This document shows positions 34,190 through 44,096 of a DNA stretch of 64,000 nucleotides, piece by piece. Origin of the DNA: a phage. The stretch is taken from the sequence record OZ335962.1, one strand, 5' to 3'. Position 1 is the first letter of the stretch. Each line of letters starts with the position of its first letter. The position numbers and the translations under genes were made by a program. The notes under the pieces were generated by a model. The model did not search any database. It was not told where the DNA came from and saw only the letters and a list, made by a program, of their open reading frames with translations.

Positions 34190-34650
34190 TAGTAAAGGTC
34201 CTCAGAGTAAAGTTCTTTTTCACTACCACCGCGTTCAATACGTACTTGTCCTGCGTAAGTTGCAATAATCATTGCTTCTTCACGTGTCCAATAATTACTA
34301 TACTGATCAATAAACCCTTGGTCATCATCACAAACTTGCTGAGTAACTAATTGGGGTTTAACTACATCTAAAACTTCTGCCATATCTTTAGAATAATGAC
34401 GAGCACCTGGAATAACAAGAGTTCGTCCATCTTTTAATTTAAAACGGTTGGCTGCGCAAACAATTCGTCGTTGATATTTTTGATTTTCGTCCCAATATGC
34501 AGACTGCCAACAGATTTCAGGAACTTCTTTCAGAATATCTTCTTCTGTGCATTTATAACCATGCGCTTTAAATTTTTCAACAAGACTTTCTGGAGTTTCG
34601 CGAGATAAAGGAACATTCAGCATTTTTAAACGATTAATAAATGGGTTCAT
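34189..34650 (-). CDS. hypothetical early protein
   Basis: 153-aa ORF. Confidence 0.5.
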   Translation of the reverse strand: MNPFINRLKMLNVPLSRETPESLVEKFKAHGYKCTEEDILKEVPEICWQSAYWDENQKYQRRIVCAANRFKLKDGRTLVIPGARHYSKDMAEVLDVVKPQLVTQQVCDDDQGFIDQYSNYWTREEAMIIATYAGQVRIERGGSEKELYSEDLY

Positions 34651-34991
34651 TTAAACCATCCTTTAATACGCTGCCACAAAGTTTTCTGTCGAGCTTTGTT
34701 AACACCAATTGAGCGAATAACTGGTTGAGATTCCTGGAATTCTTTATAATCAGCAAGGTAAATTTCGTAAGCCGATTGAACAAAGGTACTAATCGCTGCC
34801 ATGAAGTTTTTACGTACACCGCCAGGAGCTACTCCGTTGGGTAATTCAGAATTTTCACGAATAATTAAATATAGCCCAGTTCTAACTTTAACAATAGTTC
34901 CAAGATAAGCTCCATGGTACCAGATGTCCCACCCCTCTTGAGTGGGTTCTGCACAACGACGAAGTTCATTAACAATTTCTAACTTGTTCAT
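34647..34991 (-). CDS. hypothetical early protein
   Basis: 114-aa ORF. Confidence 0.45.
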   Translation of the reverse strand: MNKLEIVNELRRCAEPTQEGWDIWYHGAYLGTIVKVRTGLYLIIRENSELPNGVAPGGVRKNFMAAISTFVQSAYEIYLADYKEFQESQPVIRSIGVNKARQKTLWQRIKGWFK

Positions 34992-35001
34992 TATTTATTC
35001 C

Positions 35002-35637
35002 TCACAGTTCAGATGCTACGGTGATTACTGCTTCAATGTTTTCTGCCGAGCGTTTAATGTCAAGATACACATTGCCGTTTTTAGCGATTTTACATGACAT
35101 TCCAATATCAGTAAATTTCTGAATATGGTGTTCCATCATTTTGTATCCAAAAATTCGCATATTTCCATTGTTATTAATTTCAAAATTACGAATTCCGTGA
35201 GTGCGTTTTTCTAAAATAGCAAGATAGTTACTGCGGTAAGTTTCAACCTTTTTAAGAACAAATCCATTTTCATCTAAAAGTTTTAACATGAAGTCTTTAT
35301 CTTCTTCCATATCGGAAGTAATCTCGCGAGCTTTACGAGTTGCTCGTTTTTTCAGTAGTTCAGGAGCATTTTCCTGCGCGTATAAAGTTGCTGCATTTGA
35401 AATAATATCCTGAGCTTCGCCTGTAATGATTAATCCATCACCAGATTTCTCCACCAGGCCTTTTTTAATCAATACCCCAATATTACTATTAACTACTGCG
35501 TTACCTAAATCTGGATGCACCTCACGAACTTCTGCGGCTGTAATGAAATCTTTCTTAGCAATGGTAATTAAAATCGCAGCAGTTTTTTCATTCAGAACAT
35601 CGTTAGAAGCTTTGATGATGTAAGTTACTTTAGACAT
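35002..35637 (-). CDS. motA: MotA middle-transcription activator
   Basis: 211 aa, same length as T4 MotA; positioned before gene 52. Confidence 0.85.
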   Translation of the reverse strand: MSKVTYIIKASNDVLNEKTAAILITIAKKDFITAAEVREVHPDLGNAVVNSNIGVLIKKGLVEKSGDGLIITGEAQDIISNAATLYAQENAPELLKKRATRKAREITSDMEEDKDFMLKLLDENGFVLKKVETYRSNYLAILEKRTHGIRNFEINNNGNMRIFGYKMMEHHIQKFTDIGMSCKIAKNGNVYLDIKRSAENIEAVITVASEL

Positions 35638-35674
35638 TTTAATCTCCGTTTCAGTTCATTTATTTGATAGGTCT

Positions 35675-35703
35675 ATAGTATCATGTTTAAAGCAGAAGTA
35701 AAC
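35675..35703 (-). promoter_or_regulatory. early promoter for motA
   Basis: Minus strand GTTTAC, 17 nt, TACTAT. Confidence 0.55.
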
Positions 35704-35742
35704 ACTTTTTTGCACTCTTTTTCAAGAGCTCTAATAAAGTAC

Positions 35743-35970
35743 TTACTTAATGTTCAGATTACGAACTTCGATTTCGTCTTCATGGGCAAAATCAAACTGT
35801 TTGAATTCTGTGTCACCTTTAAATTTAAAAATCATTGTGAAGAAAGTCAGAACACCGGGTTTTTCTTCACGAACTCCACAGATATCATATTCAATACCAT
35901 CTACAACCAGTTTGTTAGCAGTCAGAGCATTTTTAGCTTTAACGATTTCGTTTTCGATTTTAAATTTCAT
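35743..35970 (-). CDS. hypothetical early protein
   Basis: 75-aa ORF with its own promoter. Confidence 0.45.
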   Translation of the reverse strand: MKFKIENEIVKAKNALTANKLVVDGIEYDICGVREEKPGVLTFFTMIFKFKGDTEFKQFDFAHEDEIEVRNLNIK

Positions 35971-36018
35971 TTTTTGTATCTCCGGGTTGTTTGTTTCAGT
36001 TCATTTATTTGATAGTTG

Positions 36019-36048
36019 TATAGTACCATAAAGCTTTATGCTTGTAAA
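36019..36048 (-). promoter_or_regulatory. early promoter; copy 2 of the repeated promoter module
   Basis: Minus strand GTTTACAAGCATAAAGCTTTATGGTACTAT; the spacer contains a perfect 14-bp palindrome. Confidence 0.55.
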
Positions 36049-36071
36049 CCGTTTTGTGAAAAAATTTTGAA

Positions 36072-36102
36072 ATAAAAAAAAGGGAGAGCCTCGGCTCTCC
36101 CT
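36072..36102 (-). terminator. rho-independent terminator
   Basis: Minus strand GGGAGAGCC-GAG-GCUCUCCC followed by a U8 run. Confidence 0.7.
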
Positions 36103-36106
36103 AAAA

Positions 36107-36256
36107 TTACTGCATGACTGTGATAACTGTCATGATAACACGTTGAATTCCGAACGCAAGAAGACCTCCTGCTACGGCAGGAACAACACCTAAACCCGCC
36201 AGTAAAATGCCACCAGATACTAATGCAGCGCTTGTAATACCTATGAATGGACTCAT
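36107..36256 (-). CDS. small hydrophobic membrane protein (49 aa)
   Basis: MSPFIGITSAALVSGGILLAGLGVVPAVAGGLLAFGIQRVIMTVITVMQ; its ATG overlaps the gp52 TGA. Below the ORF-track size cutoff. Confidence 0.45.
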   Translation of the reverse strand: MSPFIGITSAALVSGGILLAGLGVVPAVAGGLLAFGIQRVIMTVITVMQ

Positions 36257-37581
36257 TTGATTTCCTCTAAATCTTTGGTGTATTCTGTAACTACATCAGT
36301 AGTTTTCCAATATTCGTTTTCTTCTTTTTTAGCTTTAGCTTCTTCAGCAAGTTTCTTTGCTTCGTCGGAAGTCATATGAAAAATATTCATTCCAACTAGT
36401 TTATCAACATAAGAAGAATACATATCAATTTTAGAAAGTTCTTCGGTCAGTTCTTTGCGAGTTTTACCCTGCACAACAATTTCATCTGAAATTACTTTCT
36501 TAATGAAATGCGCCTTGGCAAAGGCTAAACGAAATGCTGATTCAGTTTCTTTGATTTTGTTATCAATTCGTTTTTGGACATAAGTTTTACGAACTTCAAC
36601 GAAGTCTTTGATTAAATCAACTACGTTATCGTAAACTTGTAGTTTTCCTTTCTCATTAATAACGGTAATATTCTGGGAACGACGCTCAATCAACCCGAAG
36701 TCTTTCATAATTTTTGCATGGCGTTCTTCTTCGTTATCGCTCAAAGAGTATTCTTTACGGAATTTAACTTTAAAGCCAAACCCGTGCTCACCACAAGCAT
36801 CATCCCACATAATGAAGCCTTTATCTTCAAGCGGGTCTAAGATTTTACTCACATAAGTTTCACGATCATACTTATACGGAATCTCAGTGATATTCATTTG
36901 AGTTCGTGAAGTAAACTTGTACGTTCCACGAATTTCATATTGACCGTCAATTTCAACGACTTCACCGCGAAATTCTGGAAATTCTACCTTCGGTTTAGTT
37001 ACTTTCTTTCCTTGAAGAGCTTGCAATACAGCTTTCTTGACAGAAGAAACACTATGAGGAAGAATATAAGTTGCATAACCAGTTGCAATACCGGAAACAC
37101 CATTAAGAAGAACAGTAGGAATAATAGGCAAATAGAAAGCAGGCGGAATGTGTTCTTTATCTTGATGTACCGGAGCATATTCAGTATCTTTATATACGCT
37201 ATAGAAATTTTTACTTACACGAGCAAAAATATAACGACTTGCCGCTGCTTTTTGAACGGTACGAGAACCAAAGTTTCCTTGACCATCTAACAGAGGAAAG
37301 TTATTATTCCAAGTATTAGCCATCAAAGCACCTGCGTCTTGTGCAGAGTTTTCACCATGATGATATCCAAGGTCTGCTACACCACCTGCAATAGAAGCGA
37401 GTTTGTGAAACTTATCTTTATTTCCTCGTGCCAAATCAAGAGCTCGAGCAATAACAAATCGTTGAACTGGCTTAAATCCATCAATCATATTTGGGATAGC
37501 ACGATTTTCAACCGTGTACATAGCATAAGCCAATGCTTCATTATCAATGATACTTTTTAAATCGCGATTATTCAGTTGCAT
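36253..37581 (-). CDS. 52: gp52 topoisomerase II medium subunit (GyrA-like)
   Basis: 442 aa, same length as T4 gp52; N-terminal GyrA-like DNA breakage-reunion region. Confidence 0.9.
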   Translation of the reverse strand: MQLNNRDLKSIIDNEALAYAMYTVENRAIPNMIDGFKPVQRFVIARALDLARGNKDKFHKLASIAGGVADLGYHHGENSAQDAGALMANTWNNNFPLLDGQGNFGSRTVQKAAASRYIFARVSKNFYSVYKDTEYAPVHQDKEHIPPAFYLPIIPTVLLNGVSGIATGYATYILPHSVSSVKKAVLQALQGKKVTKPKVEFPEFRGEVVEIDGQYEIRGTYKFTSRTQMNITEIPYKYDRETYVSKILDPLEDKGFIMWDDACGEHGFGFKVKFRKEYSLSDNEEERHAKIMKDFGLIERRSQNITVINEKGKLQVYDNVVDLIKDFVEVRKTYVQKRIDNKIKETESAFRLAFAKAHFIKKVISDEIVVQGKTRKELTEELSKIDMYSSYVDKLVGMNIFHMTSDEAKKLAEEAKAKKEENEYWKTTDVVTEYTKDLEEIK

Positions 37582-37585
37582 AAAT

Positions 37586-37726
37586 TTACCATACTAGTGA
37601 ATGTAGTGCCATAATAACATCAGAAATGAAAAGCACGACTTGAATTAATCCGAACATTACTCCATAATATAGTGCTACCAATAAAGTAGCAAGGGCTAAT
37701 GAATAGCCCAAGATTTTCTTAATCAT
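37586..37726 (-). CDS. small hydrophobic peptide (46 aa)
   Basis: MIKKILGYSLALATLLVALYYGVMFGLIQVVLFISDVIMALHSLVW; overlaps the upstream small ORF. No clear SD. Confidence 0.35.
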   Translation of the reverse strand: MIKKILGYSLALATLLVALYYGVMFGLIQVVLFISDVIMALHSLVW

Positions 37727-37877
37727 TAGTAGATAACAACACAAATGTTAAATATGCACACATACCCTGGGCTAAAGCTTGTGAAAACACACTGCTAGCA
37801 TCGATACAGATAGTTAAAACACATGCTACTATCCAACAAATAAATGAAATAACTCCTAATAATTTTGCGATATTCAT
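37719..37877 (-). CDS. small membrane protein (52 aa), paralog of the next gene
   Basis: MNIAKLLGVISFICWIVACVLTICIDASSVFSQALAQGMCAYLTFVLLSTND; SD GAGGAG. Confidence 0.5.
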   Translation of the reverse strand: MNIAKLLGVISFICWIVACVLTICIDASSVFSQALAQGMCAYLTFVLLSTND

Positions 37878-37887
37878 AATATTCTCC

Positions 37888-38043
37888 TCAACTATTTTTA
37901 GAACCAATGTACGCGAATAATGATAAAATCGCTAATACGCCCTGAGCTGATGCTTGCAAAAATACTGAAGTTTCTCCAGTTATTACTGTTCCGATGCATA
38001 AAAAGAACCAACAGAAAAAGGTTATACCGTGAACAAATTTCAT
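37888..38043 (-). CDS. small membrane protein (51 aa), paralog of the previous gene (T4 ac/52.1 position)
   Basis: MKFVHGITFFCWFFLCIGTVITGETSVFLQASAQGVLAILSLFAYIGSKNS; SD GAGGAAAA. Confidence 0.5.
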   Translation of the reverse strand: MKFVHGITFFCWFFLCIGTVITGETSVFLQASAQGVLAILSLFAYIGSKNS

Positions 38044-38050
38044 ATTTTCC

Positions 38051-38131
38051 TCACTGGCGTCCGAAGACGCCTTTAGTTTTAAGATTGTTACGATAGAACT
38101 GCATCACGTGTTCGTTATGGAAATTACTCAT
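38051..38131 (-). CDS. stp: Stp peptide (26 aa)
   Basis: Translates [26 protein letters not shown], the T4 Stp sequence as I recall it; TAATG overlap with the ndd stop. Confidence 0.8.
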
Positions 38132-38586
38132 TAGTATGCCTGCAAAACAAATTTAAAGTTATCAGCCAACATACGGTTCATTTCTTCAAGCGTTTGATAC
38201 TCAGAATGATGATTACGAGTAAACGCTAAAGCTAACTGGCCTTTTCCAAATCCAGTCGTTAGAGGTTTCATCTTAGAAGCAGGCAAATAAAATACTGTGT
38301 ATGGAACATTGTTATTTGTAATAGTACGCGCAAGCTGAGACCGACGTTGACGAATATGACTTAGAACTGCACTGAACCCTTGCTTAGAACGCTGATTACC
38401 TACATAAAATCGCGCAGATACACATGGACTATCAAATGGACCACCAAATTTGCTCACTAAAAAGTAAAATCCGGGTTTAGACAAAATGTCTTTATGTGGA
38501 GTTCCAAAAACCCATTCACCGCCCTTGATTGTACCAATAACAGTTGCGCCTGCATTATTCAGATCAGTAACAGTCATGTATTTCAT
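38131..38586 (-). CDS. ndd: Ndd nucleoid-disruption protein
   Basis: 151 aa from [25 protein letters not shown]; SD GAGGAAA. The track's 16-codon extension was trimmed. Confidence 0.85.
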
Positions 38587-38646
38587 ATTAATTTCCTCTA
38601 AATTATTTTCTACTCCAAGGCCGCATGAATACACACGGCCGATAAA

Positions 38647-38862
38647 TTAATCGTCGCAGTCGACGCTCAATTCCCAAAACTCTTCTACGGTATATGTTTC
38701 AGTATCATTTTCAATACAGAAACGTTTATTACTGTTGTTTTCTAAAGTAGCGTTAACTGTCATTTTCTCGCTAGTGCTCTTAAGAGGTGAAATACGAATT
38801 AACTGATCACCATTATCTAAACAAAAAATTTCACCAACTTTTACATCTTTAAAAATTTTCAT
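38647..38862 (-). CDS. hypothetical early protein
   Basis: 71-aa ORF. Confidence 0.45.
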   Translation of the reverse strand: MKIFKDVKVGEIFCLDNGDQLIRISPLKSTSEKMTVNATLENNSNKRFCIENDTETYTVEEFWELSVDCDD

Positions 38863-38977
38863 AATTCACCTCAAGGAGTATAAAATCCGAATGCAGTTGT
38901 TGACCATCCCATCCAATACGGAAAATTTGCACCGACGTAAAACATGAGAATATAAAACCAACCACTCAATAAATTCA

Positions 38978-39175
38978 TCATTTTACACCATTCCAAATTG
39001 TTTCAACCACAGATTTTAAGCCATTTTGATGAATGTCCATTCCGACAACTGCCATCAAATAAATTCCAACTACAACTGAACCTAAGGCGAAAATCAGCAT
39101 GAAAATGAATAAAGCCGGAAAAATATTATCAAAAAACCATTCAACAAATGTAAAAGCACTGCGTTTACGCTTCAT
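38978..39175 (-). CDS. small membrane protein (65 aa)
   Basis: MKRKRSAFTFVEWFFDNIFPALFIFMLIFALG...; SD GAGGAAAA. The track start is a TTG. Confidence 0.45.
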   Translation of the reverse strand: MKRKRSAFTFVEWFFDNIFPALFIFMLIFALGSVVVGIYLMAVVGMDIHQNGLKSVVETIWNGVK

Positions 39176-39182
39176 ATTTTCC

Positions 39183-39296
39183 TCACATAAATCCAAAGTA
39201 AGCGTTTAATACATCAATCATTAAAACGATTGGGAATATACTCAAAACTACTAGTATTATAACTACATTCCATATAGCTTTAACAATCTTTTTCAT
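39183..39296 (-). CDS. small membrane peptide (37 aa)
   Basis: MKKIVKAIWNVVIILVVLSIFPIVLMIDVLNAYFGFM; SD GGAGGAACAG. An early promoter lies inside the track's longer ORF. Confidence 0.45.
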   Translation of the reverse strand: MKKIVKAIWNVVIILVVLSIFPIVLMIDVLNAYFGFM

Positions 39297-39323
39297 TTTC
39301 TGTTCCTCCGTAGTTGATAGGGT

Positions 39324-39356
39324 AATAGTACCACAGAGGAACAGTCTTGTAAACCA
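39324..39356 (-). promoter_or_regulatory. early promoter
   Basis: Minus strand GTTTAC, 18 nt, TACTAT; flanked by a 9-bp inverted repeat CTGTTCCTC/GAGGAACAG. Confidence 0.5.
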
Positions 39357-39539
39357 CTTTTTTAAAAATATTCGTAATAAATGTGAATACCAATCACCAC
39401 TGCCGAAACTTGCGCAACCCACCATGCACAAGCAATAAGTACAGAATTCAAAATTTTCATAATAACCTCATTACAAAAGTAAATGTTAAACAAATTAATG
39501 GAATACTAATTAACCAAACGAAACACCACCATAATGAAC

Positions 39540-39803
39540 TCATAGTTCAATCTCAACGATTTTCATTTCATTACTATTAATAGCCGCTTTAAGACTATCT
39601 GAAAGAATTACACACCAGTGGTCATTCATATGACCATTAACTAAACGTGTAATTTCTTCAGGAGTTGAAAAATAAGGCGTATCAGACTCCCAATGCGATA
39701 GTCCCAAGCGAGTATAAATCATACCTTCATCATCGCTATAATATTCAACTGACACAAACTCATCAGTTATTTTATGTTTAGCGTAATAAAATTTAAATTT
39801 CAT
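39540..39803 (-). CDS. hypothetical early protein (87 aa)
   Basis: From MKFKFYYAKHK with SD GGAGGAG, downstream of the promoter at 39811..39840. Confidence 0.45.
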   Translation of the reverse strand: MKFKFYYAKHKITDEFVSVEYYSDDEGMIYTRLGLSHWESDTPYFSTPEEITRLVNGHMNDHWCVILSDSLKAAINSNEMKIVEIEL

Positions 39804-39810
39804 TTTTACT

Positions 39811-39840
39811 CCTCCGTAGCTGATAGTTGTATAGTACCAC
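39811..39840 (-). promoter_or_regulatory. early promoter; copy 3 of the repeated promoter module
   Basis: Minus strand GTTTACATACCACAAGGACTGTGGTACTAT. Confidence 0.55.
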
Positions 39841-39877
39841 AGTCCTTGTGGTATGTAAACCGTTTTGTGAAAAATTT

Positions 39878-40435
39878 TTAAATGGAAAGATACCATCCAT
39901 TGTAGTTGCTTTTTCTTACAACCTTACGAAGGTCTTCTCTGTCACCGATGAACTTCGGAGTGTACTGGATGACACCTGGATGAATTTCTTTAGTGTTGAA
40001 TATAATTATACAGTCAGCGACCTGATGATTCAGAATGGGCCCTAGATTTATTCCAGAACCGTATGGATACTCTCCGCTGCATCCGGTTGTTACCGAAATC
40101 CAACGTGAGTCAGTTTGATGTGTTTTGACTTCTACACGAAGCCCGCAGTATCTTGGATGCGCCAATACATCCCATGCATATGTATACGGGTCATTAACAT
40201 CCTCTTGCCCTTTGTTAACATAGCCGCTTAGCCAATCTGCTACAAAAAATTCTGCGTACACCGCGATACGACATCTTTCAATAACTTCTGCTTTATCCTG
40301 GTTCGGGTTTTGTTTTAAAGAGTATCTTGCTGTATCAGCAATTTTGACCTTCATTTCACTAGTCAAGTCACTGTTCGATAGGGTAAATGTCGGAATCTGA
40401 AATAGTCTCTGTAAACCCGGATTCGTTTTCTGCAT
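39878..40435 (-). CDS. denB: endonuclease IV
   Basis: 185 aa, same length as T4 DenB; position between ndd and rIIB. Confidence 0.8.
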   Translation of the reverse strand: MQKTNPGLQRLFQIPTFTLSNSDLTSEMKVKIADTARYSLKQNPNQDKAEVIERCRIAVYAEFFVADWLSGYVNKGQEDVNDPYTYAWDVLAHPRYCGLRVEVKTHQTDSRWISVTTGCSGEYPYGSGINLGPILNHQVADCIIIFNTKEIHPGVIQYTPKFIGDREDLRKVVRKSNYNGWYLSI

Positions 40436-40697
40436 TTAGACTTTCCTTTTTACCGCTGAGATAAGCGTTATATACTTTAAGAGTGCCGTAATAAATTCGG
40501 TCATTTTCATCTAAAGACTTATGGTCAAGTTCATCGAGTTCCTTTTTATCCATGACTATAACATCATTACAGTAAAGAAACCCAAGTTTTTCGTGACCAA
40601 ACTCAAATTTATTGCAGTACACAATATTAGCGTGATGATTTCCGTGCAGTTTAATCTCTTTTATGTCGGAATCACCTATATTCATACAATAAATCAT
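40368..40697 (-). CDS. hypothetical early protein
   Basis: 109-aa ORF overlapping the denB start by about 68 nt. Confidence 0.4.
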   Translation of the reverse strand: MIYCMNIGDSDIKEIKLHGNHHANIVYCNKFEFGHEKLGFLYCNDVIVMDKKELDELDHKSLDENDRIYYGTLKVYNAYLSGKKESLNAENESGFTETISDSDIYPIEQ

Positions 40698-40708
40698 AAT
40701 TTTTCCTT

Positions 40709-40731
40709 AAAACAAAAGGGCCGAAGCCCCT
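40709..40731 (-). terminator. intrinsic terminator-like hairpin
   Basis: Minus strand GGGC-UUCG-GCCC followed by UUUUGUUUU. Confidence 0.5.
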
Positions 40732-40735
40732 TATT

Positions 40736-40930
40736 TTATTTGAATTGTGCAATTCTTTTTTCTAAACAATCTGCGTAAGATTTCATTGAGATGAACTGCG
40801 AAAGCAGTAATTCTTGCTCAACTTCATTAATCGTTAGAAACTTTGTGCTTTCTAAAAATTTGCTCAGTGCATTAATTTTGAGCATTAATTGATCGTATTC
40901 TTCTTTTACTCGTGCTTGATAACCTAACAT
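40736..40930 (-). CDS. hypothetical early protein
   Basis: 64-aa ORF just downstream of rIIB. Confidence 0.45.
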   Translation of the reverse strand: MLGYQARVKEEYDQLMLKINALSKFLESTKFLTINEVEQELLLSQFISMKSYADCLEKRIAQFK

Positions 40931-40958
40931 AATTTTCCTTAGTTAAGGGCCGAAGCCC

Positions 40959-41897
40959 TTATTTAAATTGTTCAGTAACGTCTTCAACTACTTCGTATTG
41001 GCAGGTACGCATTTTAGCATCGTTGTAATCAATCGGAATTGATACTACATCACGCGGATGCACTTTAACTTTTACAACTCGACTGGTTGAACTGCCAAAG
41101 TGACGAATATAAGATTTAGAACACACATGCAGACCACGAGAACAAGTTTGTGTATCATCGTCATTCACACGAGTACGTGGCATTTTAACTACTTTACCAG
41201 GACTGTTATCAAAAGTATTTGAATGACAGTCAAAGTAATTGCTGCGAACTACTTTCCAAGCATAGAAGTAACCATCTTCTGTAATTTCAATATCGTTTGC
41301 TACCAAGAAATCAAAGAGTCGAGATACCGCTTTTTGGCTTGGGTTTTCCAACAGATTTTCCAAGAACGGAAAATAAAATTCAAAGTTTTCGCCTTTTTCC
41401 ATCGAATCGAGAATACGATCAACTAAACCAGATCGCAATTCAATATTTTGATAGAACAAGCTTCCACCTTCAATTCGAACATCACCGGAAATATATTTTT
41501 CAACAGCGCGACGAACATTAATTTTTTGTGCCGCTTCTTCCAATTTATCTGCAACAAGCAGATTAAGAATTTCCTGGAAGTTTGAATGAGTATTAGGAGT
41601 TGCGTTATAAGTTACACCGTCAACAGTAATTGAAATGAATTTTTTAGATGCATTCCAAATAATGTCAGATTTAGCAACTGGAGCAATAACTGCATCGCTA
41701 TTAACTTTAACTGTAATATCACCACTAATAGTAACTTTAGAGCGCTCAGCTTCTTCAGCATTTTTCAAAACACGACGGATTGTGTCCACCGATACACCTT
41801 GCCAATCAGCCAATTCCTGTTGGGTATAATTACCACTTGAATACAGTTTGACAATTTCAGCTTGTTCGTTTTTGGTCAGGCATTTAATATTGTACAT
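40959..41897 (-). CDS. rIIB: rIIB protein
   Basis: 312 aa, same length as T4 rIIB; N-terminus MYNIKCLTKNEQAEIVKLY. Confidence 0.9.
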   Translation of the reverse strand: MYNIKCLTKNEQAEIVKLYSSGNYTQQELADWQGVSVDTIRRVLKNAEEAERSKVTISGDITVKVNSDAVIAPVAKSDIIWNASKKFISITVDGVTYNATPNTHSNFQEILNLLVADKLEEAAQKINVRRAVEKYISGDVRIEGGSLFYQNIELRSGLVDRILDSMEKGENFEFYFPFLENLLENPSQKAVSRLFDFLVANDIEITEDGYFYAWKVVRSNYFDCHSNTFDNSPGKVVKMPRTRVNDDDTQTCSRGLHVCSKSYIRHFGSSTSRVVKVKVHPRDVVSIPIDYNDAKMRTCQYEVVEDVTEQFK

Positions 41898-41908
41898 AAT
41901 TTTCCTTA

Positions 41909-44086
41909 TTAGGCCGCAAGGGCCTTCATAGTTTTAGCGATTTGGGAAACTTCATCATCACTTAAAGAGTTGCGATAACCGATGAAGTCGGAAACAATAC
42001 GGAATTTCTTGGTAAACTCAGCAACCATTTTATCACTGTTTTTTGAAGCATTATTTGATAATACATCAAAAAGATTAGTTACTGTCCAGATGTCATGACC
42101 GATGGTATCTTTTCCACCGTTGAAATATATCCCCCGCAATGAACTAACCATATTACCGAGTCGTGTATATTCTTCGGAAACTTCATCTGTACTAAAATAC
42201 TTCATCATAAAATCTAGTTCAGGATACTTGATAATTTTATCAATATATCGTTGAGCTGAACTTGAATAACCTACGTACTTATCATAATCTACATCATCAA
42301 AAGCATCTACATATAAATCACGCAGAGTTTCAAAAATACATTGGCACTGACCAAGTTCTTTTACCTTTTTCTGCAAAAGCGGACGAATAACATAAAATTC
42401 ATTAATGCCAATAAGATTAGCCATACGAGTCAAAATACTCGTAGATGGATGACAAAGCGATGTAGTACCATCCATAGAGAAAATATCAGAACGATGCATA
42501 TATGCTACATAACCAGTAATTTCATCTGCTTCTGATGTGAGTGTAAACAGTTCCTCTTTTTCCCAGCGTCCGTCTTTAATTTCAAACTTAAATGCAGTAG
42601 CAGCTTTAGGACGAGGAGCTTTACTTTTAACTACCTTCGGAATATAACTTTTAACTAAAGCTTCAATTTCTGACAAATAATGAATGTTAACTTCATCACT
42701 TTCAAACATTGCCATAATATCAGGGAGTAAATCAATCTGCGATTCTACTTCCGGATTAATAAACAGAAGACGCTCATTATGATGAATATTCAAAGTGTTG
42801 TTAAATTCTTTATCATCTAACGCATGCGCTAATCCACGGACAATATTAACACGATTTTTAATATTATCAATAACAATATTAATTTTTGTTGTATTAATAC
42901 CAAACAGACGATAACTTGATGCAACGGCTGAAGTTTCATGACTTTGCTTAATGCGTTTCAGTCGAGGGTCAAGATTTACTTCATACACAACTCCTGCATT
43001 GCATAACTTACTATCAGGTTCAAACATGCTTTGCATCTTTTTATATGACAGATTTTTAGTCGTAAATTTGACTGAATTACTAATCATATAATCTCGAGCA
43101 GAATATCCCATCTTCATCAATTCACGGTATGTATGACGAGGAGATGTAGATTCTTTAAATCGTTTTACATCTTCATTGAATGCCTTCTCACTAAGCTCTT
43201 TAACACGCTCAATAATATTTTTACGAGTACGATCATCCAATGAAAGAGCTTCGCGTGATGGAGCAATATCAAGTGAACCCATTGGAAACTTAATGTAATT
43301 CACTTCATTGCGGATGCTTAACCAGTTACGGTCTCTAATAACACCATCGATAGGATAAACAATACCACCATAGATAGCATACAATCCACCACGATCTGGC
43401 CAATATCTTTCTGGATTTACACCGTAATAGTCATCAAAATCCGGAAAATAATCAATTTCGCGGTCAAGACCATTAATGATAGCTAAATCTTTGAATGGTC
43501 GCATGATATAAGAAACTTCATAAGCAAAGTTTCTAAAGTCTTTTTCTTCAACTGGAACTACGATTTCAATACCAGTTTTATCATCTGGACCCATTTCTTT
43601 TACGAATGTAGGTTTAATCTGCGGACCATCGCCATCCATGTAAGCTACATAACCACGAATTTCGCCTTTATGATATGAAGTAATACTAAATGTATCAGTA
43701 TAACTAAACGGAGATTTAGAACCTAAACCAAATCCACCAATGAAATCGTTAGATTCAGCCTTAGATGAACTAAAGTATGAATTATACAACCCAGGAGAAT
43801 TATCATCACCTTGAATATCAAAATCGCTCATACCCGGACCAAAATCTCGGCAAACAAATCGCGGATCTAATCGTCCTGGAACTTGAATGATAAATTTTTC
43901 ATGATTTCCATTGAGAGCATGGGCGTCAATCATGTTGGTAATCAATTCACGGACTACTGCGCGAATCTTGTTTGTATACAAATCAGATGACAGAATTTTG
44001 AATACTTTAGGAGATGCTGTGATGCTAAATGCTTTTGATTTAGAACCATTACCAAGAATTGTTTCTTTTTCAGTGGTGATAATCAT
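41909..44086 (-). CDS. rIIA: rIIA protein (GHKL-ATPase-like membrane-associated protein)
   Basis: 725 aa, same length as T4 rIIA; N-terminal ATPase-like region. Confidence 0.9.
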   Translation of the reverse strand: MIITTEKETILGNGSKSKAFSITASPKVFKILSSDLYTNKIRAVVRELITNMIDAHALNGNHEKFIIQVPGRLDPRFVCRDFGPGMSDFDIQGDDNSPGLYNSYFSSSKAESNDFIGGFGLGSKSPFSYTDTFSITSYHKGEIRGYVAYMDGDGPQIKPTFVKEMGPDDKTGIEIVVPVEEKDFRNFAYEVSYIMRPFKDLAIINGLDREIDYFPDFDDYYGVNPERYWPDRGGLYAIYGGIVYPIDGVIRDRNWLSIRNEVNYIKFPMGSLDIAPSREALSLDDRTRKNIIERVKELSEKAFNEDVKRFKESTSPRHTYRELMKMGYSARDYMISNSVKFTTKNLSYKKMQSMFEPDSKLCNAGVVYEVNLDPRLKRIKQSHETSAVASSYRLFGINTTKINIVIDNIKNRVNIVRGLAHALDDKEFNNTLNIHHNERLLFINPEVESQIDLLPDIMAMFESDEVNIHYLSEIEALVKSYIPKVVKSKAPRPKAATAFKFEIKDGRWEKEELFTLTSEADEITGYVAYMHRSDIFSMDGTTSLCHPSTSILTRMANLIGINEFYVIRPLLQKKVKELGQCQCIFETLRDLYVDAFDDVDYDKYVGYSSSAQRYIDKIIKYPELDFMMKYFSTDEVSEEYTRLGNMVSSLRGIYFNGGKDTIGHDIWTVTNLFDVLSNNASKNSDKMVAEFTKKFRIVSDFIGYRNSLSDDEVSQIAKTMKALAA

Positions 44087-44096
44087 AATTTCCTCA

